Assembly: GCA_965204815.1 (NCBI GenBank)
Contig: OZ242014.1
Location: 680,532-744,531 of the forward strand
Origin: Dehalococcoidia bacterium
Lineage (GTDB): Bacteria; Chloroflexota; Dehalococcoidia; Lucifugimonadales; CATOSD01
Direction: 5' to 3'
DNA length: 64,000 bases
Below, piece after piece: positions 28,622 through 37,670 of the stretch. Made by a program: the position numbers and the translations under genes. The notes under the pieces are model-generated. The model saw only the letters and a list, made by a program, of their open reading frames with translations. It did no database searches and was not told where the DNA came from. The stretch's first letter is position 1, and each line of letters opens with the position of its first letter.

Positions 28622-28897
28622 TTACAACGAGCGGTACACGTCTCGGCGATGGCCTATCTGAATTATAGTCACCAATCCAGCGGCGTCGTCAATCTCGTAC
28701 ACGATTCGATACTGTCCGGTTCGAATTCGGTAGTGCCGCTCCTGGCCTCGTACTTCTCGGCGTCCCGGCGGTCGAGGAACGTAAGAGAGGCCAGCCATAG
28801 CGCCTTCAACTCTCAGGTGCAGGTTAGCGGGTAGTCCTCGAAAGTCCCTGGACGCTGACGCCGATAGGCGGACTGAGTAACGCTCAGCCTCAGTCAT
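28622..28897 (-). CDS. RelE/ParE-family toxin
   Basis: MTEAERYSVRLSASASRDFRGLP...YRIRTGQYRIVYEIDD..LVTIIQIGHRRDVY. Its ATG overlaps the antitoxin stop region. Confidence 0.8.
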   Translation of the reverse strand: MTEAERYSVRLSASASRDFRGLPANLHLRVEGAMAGLSYVPRPPGRREVRGQERHYRIRTGQYRIVYEIDDAAGLVTIIQIGHRRDVYRSL

Positions 28898-29096
28898 CCG
28901 TGTGTCTTTGCCTCTCCAGCTCCTCTTCCATTTCAGATTTGAACTGTTCCCAGGGAATGGTGGGTTCACCTTTTCGGGATTCGACAACCATGGTGTCGTA
29001 GATGTCCTCCCACAGCTCAGGGTACACATCCAGATCTATGAGGACAGACTTCACCTTACCATGTTCGTCGTAGAGAAACTGGAATCCCTCTTTCAT
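28890..29096 (-). CDS. cognate antitoxin of RelE/ParE toxin (Phd/YefM-like position)
   Basis: 68 aa with an acidic C-terminus. It lies immediately upstream of the toxin gene and overlaps it by 8 nt. Confidence 0.6.
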   Translation of the reverse strand: MKEGFQFLYDEHGKVKSVLIDLDVYPELWEDIYDTMVVESRKGEPTIPWEQFKSEMEEELERQRHTDD

Positions 29097-29167
29097 GTGG
29101 TCGTCCTCTCACAGCCTGGCCTACACGCTGTCCAGTGGCAGCCGTGGTGAGTGATTCTTCGCCGTCC

Positions 29168-30106
29168 CTATGCCTCGGGCCAGGCGGCGCCTTTGACGTA
29201 GCGGTGGGCGGCTATGGCGGCGGTGGCGCCGTCGCCGGCGGAGGCGACGAGCTGGGCGGCGGAGTGCTGGCGCACGTCGCCGGCGGCGAGCAGGCCGGGC
29301 AGCGGCGTGCGCATCCAGGCGTCGGTGGGCACATGGCCGCCGCCGTCCAGGTCCAGCAGGGCGTCCAGAGGGCCGGAGTTGGGGTCGAGGCCGACGTAGA
29401 TGAAGATGCCGGACAGGTCGACGCGGGTGGTCTCGCCGGAGTCGAGGTCGGTTATGTTCACGGCCTCGACCGCGGCGTCACCGAGAACCTCGTCGACGGT
29501 GGTATTGTAGCGGACCTCGATCTTGGGGTTGGCGGCTGCCCTGTCCTGGAAGACCTGCTGGGCGCTCAGCTCGCCGCCGCGGTGGAAGATGACCACTTTG
29601 GACGCGAACTCAGTTAGCACGAGTGCCTCGTCCAGCGCGGAGTCCCCGCCGCCGACCACGCCGACAGTCTCGCCCTGGAAGAACGGGCCGTCGCAGGTGG
29701 CGCAGTAGGAGACGCCGGCGCCCTCCAGTTCCTGCTCGCCGGGCACGCCGAGCTTGCGCAGCGTGGAGCCGGCGGCGTAGATGACGGCGCGCGCGTGCTC
29801 CTGGCCGCCGTAGAGGTCGATGGCCCACAGGGGCGGCTCGGAGCGCAGCGCGGTGACCTCGCCCAGGCGGATCTCGAGGCCGTAGCGGGTGGCCTGGTCC
29901 TGGAGCAGGGGGCCGAACTCGGCGCCGGGGACGCCGTCGGGGAAGCCGGGGAAGTTCTCGATCATCTCGGCGTTGATCACCTGGCCGCCGGTCATCAGGC
30001 TCTCGAAGAGGACGGTCTTCAGTCCGGCGCGGGAGGCGTACAGTCCGGCGGTGAGGCCGGCGGCGCCACCGCCGACTATGGCGAGGTCATATGTCTGGTT
30101 GGGCAT
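29168..30106 (-). CDS. trxB: thioredoxin-disulfide reductase
   Basis: YDLAIVGGGAAGLTAG, redox-active CATCDG and GVVGGGDSALDEA. Confidence 0.9.
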   Translation of the reverse strand: MPNQTYDLAIVGGGAAGLTAGLYASRAGLKTVLFESLMTGGQVINAEMIENFPGFPDGVPGAEFGPLLQDQATRYGLEIRLGEVTALRSEPPLWAIDLYGGQEHARAVIYAAGSTLRKLGVPGEQELEGAGVSYCATCDGPFFQGETVGVVGGGDSALDEALVLTEFASKVVIFHRGGELSAQQVFQDRAAANPKIEVRYNTTVDEVLGDAAVEAVNITDLDSGETTRVDLSGIFIYVGLDPNSGPLDALLDLDGGGHVPTDAWMRTPLPGLLAAGDVRQHSAAQLVASAGDGATAAIAAHRYVKGAAWPEA

Positions 30107-30191
30107 TGATTCACCCCGTATCGTGGTTTACGGCGGCGGGCGGGTTGTAGAAACCCGCCCCTATATGGTTGGTTGCGGCGCGCGGCGCAAT

Positions 30192-30232
30192 CCCCCTCAC
30201 CTCAATCCTCTCCCGCCAGGGGAGAGGAGGTA
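30192..30232 (+). repeat. REP-like hairpin element, CCTCTCCC variant
   Basis: ccccctcacctcaatcctctcccgccaggggagaggagg. Confidence 0.75.
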
Positions 30233-30245
30233 GGAGATGCCCAGC

Positions 30246-31553
30246 CTAGATGAGGCCGGACTGGCGCAGCTCGGTGAGCGCGCGCTCGGTGGCGTCGACG
30301 GTGTCGTCGACGTCCTGCTCGCGGTGGGCCGAGCTCATGATGAAGCGGGTTGTGGCGTGTACGCCGTTGTTGAGCATCGACAGCACGAACTGGCCGTCGC
30401 GGTGGGCGTCGTGCGCCCGCGCCGCCTGTTCGGGCGTCATTTCGGGGTCCTGGCCCAGCCGCAGGAAGATTAGCGACGCTATGCCGCTGGCGTAGCCGGG
30501 AATCTCCATGCGCGTCAGAAGGTCGTTCAGGCCGTCCTTGAGGCGCGCGCCCATGGCGTTGGCCGTCTCGACGACGTCGGTGTTCATGATGAGGTCGAGC
30601 GCGACGGTGCCGGCGGCCGCGGAGAGGGGGTTGGCGTTGAAGGTGCCGTTGTGGGCGACGCGGCGGTTCCGGTCGAAGTCGGCGTCGCCGCGCGCCTGGA
30701 TCATGTTGATGATGTCGGCCTTGCCGGCGACCGCGCCGCCGGGGAGTCCGCCGCCCAGGATCTTGGCCATGGTGGTCATGTCGGGCGTGACGCCGTAGTG
30801 GGCCTGCGCGCCGCCCTTGGAGATGCGGAAGCCTGTGACGACTTCGTCGAATATGAGCACGACGCCGGTGCGCTCGGTCAGCTCTCTCAGCTCGTTCAGG
30901 AAGCTGGGCTGAACGGGGATCTGGCCCATGTGCGCGCCGGTGGGCTCCAGGATGATAGCCGCGACGTCGGGGTTGTCCTGGACGGCCTTTTCCACGATGG
31001 CGATGTCGTTGGGCGGCAGCACGATCATCGTGTTCTTGGTCTCTTCGGGAATGCCGCCCACGCCCGCGCTGCCGACGGAGAGGTAGTCGCTCCAGCCGTG
31101 GAAGTGCTCGACGAACTTGATCACCTTGCTCTTGCCGGTGTAGGCGCGGGCCATGCGAATGGCCATCATGGTGGCCTCGGTGCCGGAGCTGTGGAAGCGC
31201 ACTTTCTCGGCGCTGGGGATGAGCTGCTGCACCTGCTGGCCCCACTTGATTTCGAGGTCTGAGGAGGCGCTCAGGTGCGTGCCCTTGGCCATCTGGCTGG
31301 CGACGGCGGCGACGATTTCGGGGTGCGAATGGCCGAGGATCATGGAGCCGTGGCCGGTCCAGTAGTCGATGATGCGGTTGCCGTCCACGTCCCACTTGTG
31401 CGGGCCGATGCCGTGGGTGGCGTAGATGGGGAAGGGGCTCATGCGGCGGCCGTCGTGGGTCACGCCGTCGGGGAAGATGTCCCTGGCCTGGGCGTGGCGT
31501 TCGAGCGAGCCGGGGTGAAGGTCGATGTAGCGCTGTTCGATTGGGCTGACCAT
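30246..31553 (-). CDS. class-III aminotransferase (glutamate-1-semialdehyde aminomutase-like)
   Basis: HGWSD, SGTEATMMAIRMARAYTG and LIFDEVVTGFR. The start MVSPIEQRY at 31553 follows GGAGG. The longer ORF-track version adds an unlikely extension. Confidence 0.8.
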   Translation of the reverse strand: MVSPIEQRYIDLHPGSLERHAQARDIFPDGVTHDGRRMSPFPIYATHGIGPHKWDVDGNRIIDYWTGHGSMILGHSHPEIVAAVASQMAKGTHLSASSDLEIKWGQQVQQLIPSAEKVRFHSSGTEATMMAIRMARAYTGKSKVIKFVEHFHGWSDYLSVGSAGVGGIPEETKNTMIVLPPNDIAIVEKAVQDNPDVAAIILEPTGAHMGQIPVQPSFLNELRELTERTGVVLIFDEVVTGFRISKGGAQAHYGVTPDMTTMAKILGGGLPGGAVAGKADIINMIQARGDADFDRNRRVAHNGTFNANPLSAAAGTVALDLIMNTDVVETANAMGARLKDGLNDLLTRMEIPGYASGIASLIFLRLGQDPEMTPEQAARAHDAHRDGQFVLSMLNNGVHATTRFIMSSAHREQDVDDTVDATERALTELRQSGLI

Positions 31554-31772
31554 GAGGAATGGGCCTCCGTTCGGATAAGTGTGTAGAGTGTGGTGGGTAT
31601 TATAGCCGCCGTGTGGTTGGCGCGCCACCGATGGGGTGTACGCGAGCGGCGGCAAGCGGCCCGGGAACCGACAGTGTATTGCCATGCTATAGTAGCTGCG
31701 AGTCAGTGTATCTGGCGTGGCAGCCTTGGACTACGATAACGACCCGGCGGGCCGGGCCGAAGGGCGGCAAGA

Positions 31773-32735
31773 ATGAGCGAAAAGCAGTGGTACAAGGGCA
31801 ACATTCATACCCACACGACTGAGTCGGACGGTGACGAAGACCCGCACAAGGTCGCGAGCTGGTACCGGAGGCACGGCTACGACTTTCTCGTGCTGAGCGA
31901 CCACAACCATCTGACGCTGCTGGACTACAGCACCGGGCGCCGCCGCTTCCGAAAGCCGCTGATGGTGCCGGGCGAGGAGGTGAGCGTACGGATCGACGGG
32001 GGAGAGACGCCGATCCACGTCAACGGCGTCGGGATTTCGCGTGTCGTCGAGCCTGTCGACGCAGGCGACGTTGTGTCGACGCTGCAGGCAAACGTGGACG
32101 CGATAGTAGCGGCCGGGGGCATCGCGTCGATCAATCATCCGAACTACGGGTGGGCGTTCGACCACCGCGCGTTGACACGTGTGCAGGGCGCCAGCCTGCT
32201 GGAGGTGTTCAACGGGCACCCGGGAACCAACGTGTTCGGCGCTCCGGGGCTGCCGAGCTACGAACAGATATGGGACGGCGTACTCAGCGCCGGCCGGGTG
32301 ATCTTCGGAGTCGCCACCGACGACTCGCACAACTATCATGACTTTACCCCGAGGCACTCGAATCCCGGACGCGGCTGGGTGGTAGTAGAGGCCGACGAGC
32401 TGACGCAGGACGCGATCGTGGACGGCCTCGCGTTGGGCAGGTTCTACGCCTCGACCGGCGTCGCGCTCACGCGGCTGGAGTGCTCGGCCGACGGGATCGC
32501 GCTGGAGATCGATCAAGAGCTCGACTTTGTGTATACGACACGGTTCACGGGCAAGGGCGGCGAGGTGCTGGCGGAGAGCACGGGGCCGACAGCCGAGTAC
32601 GAGGCCAGCGGGGACGAAGAGTACGTCCGCGCGACGGTGGTCTCTTCGTCCGGGCCGAAGGCGTGGACGCAGCCGGTCTTTCCTGCCGTTCGAGGCTCTG
32701 AGGACGAAAGTCCACGACTACACGACGTCGGCTGA
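31773..32735 (+). CDS. PHP/CehA-McbA-type metal-dependent phosphoesterase
   Basis: WYKGNIHTHTTESDGD...YDFLVLSDHN...ATDDSH. Confidence 0.7.
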   Translation: MSEKQWYKGNIHTHTTESDGDEDPHKVASWYRRHGYDFLVLSDHNHLTLLDYSTGRRRFRKPLMVPGEEVSVRIDGGETPIHVNGVGISRVVEPVDAGDVVSTLQANVDAIVAAGGIASINHPNYGWAFDHRALTRVQGASLLEVFNGHPGTNVFGAPGLPSYEQIWDGVLSAGRVIFGVATDDSHNYHDFTPRHSNPGRGWVVVEADELTQDAIVDGLALGRFYASTGVALTRLECSADGIALEIDQELDFVYTTRFTGKGGEVLAESTGPTAEYEASGDEEYVRATVVSSSGPKAWTQPVFPAVRGSEDESPRLHDVG

Positions 32736-32783
32736 ATTCATCTATCATGTACGTGCCCGAACGCCTCAGACCACGGAGGAAAT

Positions 32784-33956
32784 ATGAAGAGCTATATCAC
32801 CGAACTGGAATGCACCTACTGTCACGAGACCTACTCGGCGGATGAGCCGCACCGCACGTGCGACGAGTGCGGCAAGGTGCTGTACGCACGCTACGACCTG
32901 GATGGCGCGGCGAGAGCGCTGGACCGCACCGCGCTGCGCGACAGGCCCGCCAACATGTGGCGGTACTTCGAGGTGATGCCCGTACGCGACGAGGCGAACG
33001 TGATTACGCTCGGGGAGGGATATACGCCGATGTTCCAGGCAAAGCGTCTGGGGGCGGAGTTCGGCTGCAGGGACCTGCTCATCAAGGACGAGGGGCTGAA
33101 TCCCACCGGGTCGTTCAAGGCGAGAGGCCTGTCCGCCGCGGTGTCCAAGGCCAAGGAATTGGGTCTCACCCGGCTCACGATGCCGTCCGCGGGCAACGCC
33201 GCGGGGGCCATGGCCGCCTACGCCGCGAAGGGCGGAATCGAGGCGTACGTGTTCATGCCGAAGGACGTTCCCGACTCCAACCGCAAGGAGGTCGCCATTA
33301 CCGGTGGCAACCTCACGCTGGTGGACGGTCTCATCAACGACGCCGGTCGAGAATCGCGCGAAAGGGCCGCGGAAGAGGACCTGTTCGACGTGTCCACTCT
33401 CCAGGAGCCTTACCGCGCTGAGGGCAAGAAGACGATGGGCTACGAGATAGCCGAGCAGCTCGATTGGACGCTGCCGGACGCGATTCTATACCCCACGGGC
33501 GGCGGCACGGGGATCGTGGGCATGTGGAAGGCGTTCGAGGAGATGGAGCACATGGGGTGGATCGGGAGCGAGAGGCCGCGGATGTACTGCGTGCAGGCGG
33601 AGGGCTGCGCGCCGCTGGTGCGGGCGTTCCGGGAGGGCCAGGAGTTCGCAGACCCGTGGGAGAACGCGCACACGTTGGCGCCAGGCATCCGGGTGCCGGC
33701 GGCGATAGGCGACTACATGATCCTGCGGTCGCTGCGGGAGAGCGGCGGCGGCGCGCTGACGGTGTCGGACGACGAAATCATGCACTACATGGGGCTTGTG
33801 GCGTCGCTGGAAGGCATGTTCGTCTGCCCGGAGGGCGCCGCGACGGCGGCCGCGCTCAACAAGCTGCTCGCGGACGGCTCGGTGCTGCCGGACGAGCGCG
33901 TGCTGCTGATGAACACGGGGAACGGCCTCAAGAACCTGGAGCTGGTGGAGGGGTAG
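32784..33956 (+). CDS. thrC: threonine synthase
   Basis: N-terminal Cys4 zinc ribbon (CTYCHE...CDECG) and the PLP lysine motif NPTGSFKARG. Confidence 0.85.
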   Translation: MKSYITELECTYCHETYSADEPHRTCDECGKVLYARYDLDGAARALDRTALRDRPANMWRYFEVMPVRDEANVITLGEGYTPMFQAKRLGAEFGCRDLLIKDEGLNPTGSFKARGLSAAVSKAKELGLTRLTMPSAGNAAGAMAAYAAKGGIEAYVFMPKDVPDSNRKEVAITGGNLTLVDGLINDAGRESRERAAEEDLFDVSTLQEPYRAEGKKTMGYEIAEQLDWTLPDAILYPTGGGTGIVGMWKAFEEMEHMGWIGSERPRMYCVQAEGCAPLVRAFREGQEFADPWENAHTLAPGIRVPAAIGDYMILRSLRESGGGALTVSDDEIMHYMGLVASLEGMFVCPEGAATAAALNKLLADGSVLPDERVLLMNTGNGLKNLELVEG

Positions 33957-34020
33957 CAGGTAGATTGAGGACCAATGTTACCACCAAGACCATCACAGAA
34001 TCACTCGCGAGGCCGCGCCA

Positions 34021-34314
34021 ATGAAGAACATAACTGTTTCAGTAGATGAGAAGACTCATCGCCTCGCATGCGTTCGGGCCGCAGAACTAGATACGTCGGT
34101 GGAGGCGCTTGTGCGCGAGTACCTGAGCGGCCTCGCCTACGGTAGACTAGCGCCGAATAAGGTTACGACTCAATCGACAGAAACTGATCGCGAGCGCCGC
34201 AAGAGGCTGATGGACGAAGTCTGGGAGGACATCCGAGCAACGCGTCCGTGGTTTACGGCGTCCGACAACCTGCCGCGCGAGGCGTTGCATGAGGAACGCA
34301 GTGAGGTTCGTTGA
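34021..34314 (+). CDS. vapB: ribbon-helix-helix antitoxin (VapB-type)
   Basis: MKNITVSVDEKTHRLACVRAAELDTSVEALVREYL. It overlaps the downstream PIN gene. Confidence 0.7.
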   Translation: MKNITVSVDEKTHRLACVRAAELDTSVEALVREYLSGLAYGRLAPNKVTTQSTETDRERRKRLMDEVWEDIRATRPWFTASDNLPREALHEERSEVR

Positions 34315-34705
34315 CACGAACGTGTTGGTGTACGCTGGCAGCCCAGCGTCCGAGGATGCTGACAAGCGCCGCAAGGCACGCGATCTGCTCACCGACGGGG
34401 AACTGGCGCTCTCTGTTCAGGTGCTGCAGGAGTTCTACACACAAGTGACTCGACCAAGCCGAAGCGACCCCTTAAGCAGTCGGCAGGCGTTGGATTTCCT
34501 AACGTCCATTGATGCGTTTCCGGTCCTCCCAATTACGCCGGACCTCTTTCAAGCGGCCGTTCGCATAAGTCAGCGCTATCGTCTGTCCTATTGGGACTCA
34601 GCCATAATTGCGGCAGCGTCCACTATGGGATGCGACGCGGTTTACTCGGAAGACCTGAACACCCAGCAGGACTACGGTGGCGTAGTCGTGGTGAATCCTT
34701 TCTGA
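34289..34705 (+). CDS. vapC: PIN-domain toxin VapC
   Basis: FVDTNVLVYA...YWDSAIIAAA...SEDL are the acidic PIN residues. Confidence 0.8.
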   Translation: MRNAVRFVDTNVLVYAGSPASEDADKRRKARDLLTDGELALSVQVLQEFYTQVTRPSRSDPLSSRQALDFLTSIDAFPVLPITPDLFQAAVRISQRYRLSYWDSAIIAAASTMGCDAVYSEDLNTQQDYGGVVVVNPF

Positions 34706-34801
34706 TCGCTGGTGCTGCCACCGCTGCTCGTGCGGGTTCGAGTCCCGCCAAGGCACTCGCCGTCGTTCGGACGGGACTCGAACATGGCTGGAAATGTCTG
34801 C

Positions 34802-35989
34802 CTAGTTGAGGCGCTCGAAGATTGTGGCTACTCCCTGGCCGCCGCCTACGCACATGGTGACCAGGCCGAGGTGCTGGTCGCGCAGGGCGATCTCCTCCAT
34901 CAGCTTGACGGTCATTATGGCGCCGGTCGCGCCCACGGGGTGGCCCAGGCTGATGCCGCTGCCGTTGACGTTGGTCTTGTCCGTGTCCAGTCCCAGCTCG
35001 CGAACGCAGTAGAGCGCCTGGGCGGCGAACGCCTCGTTGAGCTCGATCAGGTCGATGTCGTCGACGGTCATGCCGGACTTGTCGAGCGCCTTGCGCACGG
35101 CGGGCACGGGGCCGATTCCCATGATGGCCGGATCAACGCCGGCGACGCCGCGGGTGTGCCAGCGCAGCCGGGGCGTGAGGCCGAGCTCGGCGGCCTTCTC
35201 GGCGGACATGATGACCACCGCAGCCGCGCCGTCGTTGATGCTGGAGGCGTTGCCGGCGGTGACAGAGCCGTCGCGCTTGAAGACGGGGCGTAGCTGGGCG
35301 AGACGCTCGATGGTGGTGTCCTCGCGGGGGCCTTCGTCCACGGCGACCGCTATCGGGTCCGCCCTGCGCTGGGGGACGTCCACGGTGGTGATCTGGCTCT
35401 CGAAGCGTCCGTCCTTGATGGCGGCGACGGCGCGCATGTGGCTGTTGAAGGCCATCTCGTCCTGGTCTTCCCTGCTCACGCCGAAGCGCTCGGCCACGTT
35501 CTCCGCCGTAACGCCCATGTGATAGCGGTTCACGGGGCAGCCGAGGCCCTCTATCAGGCCGTCCACCATCTCGGCGTTGCCCATGCGGAGGCCGTCGAAG
35601 CGCGCCTTGTAGTCGAGCAGGAAGGGAGACTGGCTCATGTTCTCGGTTCCGCCGGCGATGGCGATGTCCACCTCACCGGTGCGGACGAGCTGCGCCGCCA
35701 TGTTGATGGCCTCCAGGCCCGACGAGCACTGGCGGTTGACGGCGATGGTGGGCACATCTTCAGGGATACCGGCCCTGATGGAGGCCAGCCGCGCCGCGTA
35801 GCCCGCCTCCGTCGCCTGGAGGGCGTTGCCCATCACGACCTCGTCCACCTGATCGGGATCGAGGTTGGCCCGCTCGAGCGCGGCCTTTATCGCCGCCGCG
35901 CCCAGCTCCGGCGCCGAAATGTCCTTGAACGCCCCGCCGAATCTGCCGACCGGAGTGCGCGCACCGCTGACTATAACCGCGTCCTGCAT
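34802..35989 (-). CDS. acetyl-CoA C-acetyltransferase (thiolase)
   Basis: NRQCSSGLEAI (active-site Cys), NEAFAAQ, GHPVGATG and CVGGGQG. Confidence 0.9.
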   Translation of the reverse strand: MQDAVIVSGARTPVGRFGGAFKDISAPELGAAAIKAALERANLDPDQVDEVVMGNALQATEAGYAARLASIRAGIPEDVPTIAVNRQCSSGLEAINMAAQLVRTGEVDIAIAGGTENMSQSPFLLDYKARFDGLRMGNAEMVDGLIEGLGCPVNRYHMGVTAENVAERFGVSREDQDEMAFNSHMRAVAAIKDGRFESQITTVDVPQRRADPIAVAVDEGPREDTTIERLAQLRPVFKRDGSVTAGNASSINDGAAAVVIMSAEKAAELGLTPRLRWHTRGVAGVDPAIMGIGPVPAVRKALDKSGMTVDDIDLIELNEAFAAQALYCVRELGLDTDKTNVNGSGISLGHPVGATGAIMTVKLMEEIALRDQHLGLVTMCVGGGQGVATIFERLN

Positions 35990-36091
35990 ATGAACCCCCT
36001 GCGAAGTTGCATGATCTTGACTTGATGACTACCGCCAAGCATAGCATTTTGGCCGGGGTTCAGGAAGTGTGGCTATCGCGGCGCCTCCGCG

Positions 36092-36664
36092 CTATGCGGG
36101 CGGCCATAGCGCGCCCTGGGACGGCGGCTCGGGCCAGTCTCGGACGTAGGCGCGCTGTTCGGACGTTTCGGGGGAACGGGAGTGCGGGCGAGCCTTCTGC
36201 ATTTGCCGGAACCACTCGCCGACCTGGCGGAGTGCGGCGTCGCCGGTCTGGCCGTGCCGCACGAGCCAGCAGCCGACCACTGTGCCGGTCCGACCCACTC
36301 CGCCCCAGCAGTGGACGTAAACCGTTTTGCCCTCGTCCAACGCGTTGTCGATGGCGTCCAGGGTCTCGGTCATCTGCTCCGGTGTACGCGGGACGCCCAG
36401 GTCCCTGATAGGGTGACTCGCGTGTTCGACGTCCAAGCCGAGCCGTTCGGCTTGCCGCTGGGCAATGAGTGCATAGGGAGCGAGGCCGTCCCGCCGCTGG
36501 GTCAGATCAATGAAGTGGTCTATACCGGCGTCGAGCATCCGCGCGAGCTTGTCCGCGGCCATGTCGTCGTTCCAGTGGCCGGGGTACTCTCCCGCGGCGA
36601 ATCGTCCGGGGACTACCCAGTAGCTGTTGGGGATGGGGCGTCTGGGCGGGTCGGTCGGACGCAT
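36092..36664 (-). CDS. dual-specificity / tyrosine protein phosphatase family protein
   Basis: VHCWGGVGRTG (HCx5R). The start MRPTDPP at 36664 follows AAGGAGG. The ORF-track start at 36991 is an extension. Confidence 0.75.
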   Translation of the reverse strand: MRPTDPPRRPIPNSYWVVPGRFAAGEYPGHWNDDMAADKLARMLDAGIDHFIDLTQRRDGLAPYALIAQRQAERLGLDVEHASHPIRDLGVPRTPEQMTETLDAIDNALDEGKTVYVHCWGGVGRTGTVVGCWLVRHGQTGDAALRQVGEWFRQMQKARPHSRSPETSEQRAYVRDWPEPPSQGALWPPA

Positions 36665-36794
36665 GGGAAATAGGCCTCCTTGCTGCGGGACTGGGGGAGG
36701 TGTGGATGATGCGGACTGGCCCGCGCCGTCGGCTATCGGCGCGTGGTGTCGGTTTGCTATTATACACTCACCCAACTCCGAGCGAGGTCTGGCA

Positions 36795-37139
36795 ATGGCT
36801 GCTTTGGCTATGGACAAATACACGGGCGCCCCGGACGAGCTTCTTGAGCGGGCGCGCAAGGCCGCCAAGACGCCGGAGTCCGCCGCGCTGATGCTGGCCG
36901 CGGTCAACAAGCGGCTGGCGGAGATAGCGCCTGGCGAGGAACCGTTCGCTGCCGCGAAACGGCTTGCGGCGGAGTGGGATAACTCGAACATCGAGGCGGG
37001 GTATGACTTGCTTCTGTGGTACTACAAGGACAGCCTGAATCCGCCGAGGTTCGGTGTGAACTATGAAGACGTAGACCACGAGGAGTACATGGGTGTTGGA
37101 GAGACAGTTATGAGAATCCTGAAGAGCCGCGATGACTGA
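36795..37139 (+). CDS. hypothetical protein
   Basis: 114 aa from MAALAMDKYTG. Its stop overlaps the start of the next gene (ATGA). I recognise no motif. Confidence 0.45.
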   Translation: MAALAMDKYTGAPDELLERARKAAKTPESAALMLAAVNKRLAEIAPGEEPFAAAKRLAAEWDNSNIEAGYDLLLWYYKDSLNPPRFGVNYEDVDHEEYMGVGETVMRILKSRDD

Positions 37140-37581
37140 GCGTCAGCCGCAGGACTTCGTACGCTCGGCAGAGCGCCGTCTCAGAAACGCATCCCACATA
37201 TGCCGATTGGCAAACCCTCGGGTCTACGATGACATCTTCCTCGATATGGCGGACGTTGCGATGCTGGTGTGGAGCGCGGGCATAGACTTAGTGTCCACAC
37301 TAATGCTCCTCGCCGGCGAGGCCAGTCTGGGCGCTTCTACTCAAAGGCGGCGCTACTTGAGGGAAAGACTGGACCCTGCGCATCCGGATCTTGGGTTGCT
37401 GGTTCTCTGGGCCAGTCTGGCGCGGCTGCACAATTTCCAACACAATCTGGATATGCCGCAGCCGCAGTTCGAGTTGGACTGCGGCCAAAGCAGCCGACTG
37501 TTTGACGAACTGAACACGCTACTGCCGGTTGCTCTCCAACTGCCATCTGACGCCTACGGGTGGCTGGCCGAGGTGGGTTAG
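37132..37581 (+). CDS. PaREP1/HEPN-like helical protein (divergent paralog 3 of 3)
   Basis: It shares ARLHNFQHNLDMP with LHANFYEGDLEP (8578 gene) and the same helical layout. The similarity is weaker than between the other two paralogs. Confidence 0.4.
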   Translation: MTERQPQDFVRSAERRLRNASHICRLANPRVYDDIFLDMADVAMLVWSAGIDLVSTLMLLAGEASLGASTQRRRYLRERLDPAHPDLGLLVLWASLARLHNFQHNLDMPQPQFELDCGQSSRLFDELNTLLPVALQLPSDAYGWLAEVG

Positions 37582-37670
37582 GGCAGGCAGGCGCCGCGCT
37601 GCCGTTCCACTCTTCACTATGCGCTGCCCAGCGTGATATTCTTGCGACAGCTTACGCAGGGAGCGGCGCG

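Noticed and set aside
36795-37581. The two-gene pair (unknown 114 aa + HEPN-like 149 aa) as a bona fide toxin-antitoxin system
   Set aside because: Only the gene overlap and the weak PaREP1-like similarity support it. No nucleotidyltransferase or DNA-binding motif is seen in the first protein. It is noted under the PaREP1 finding instead.
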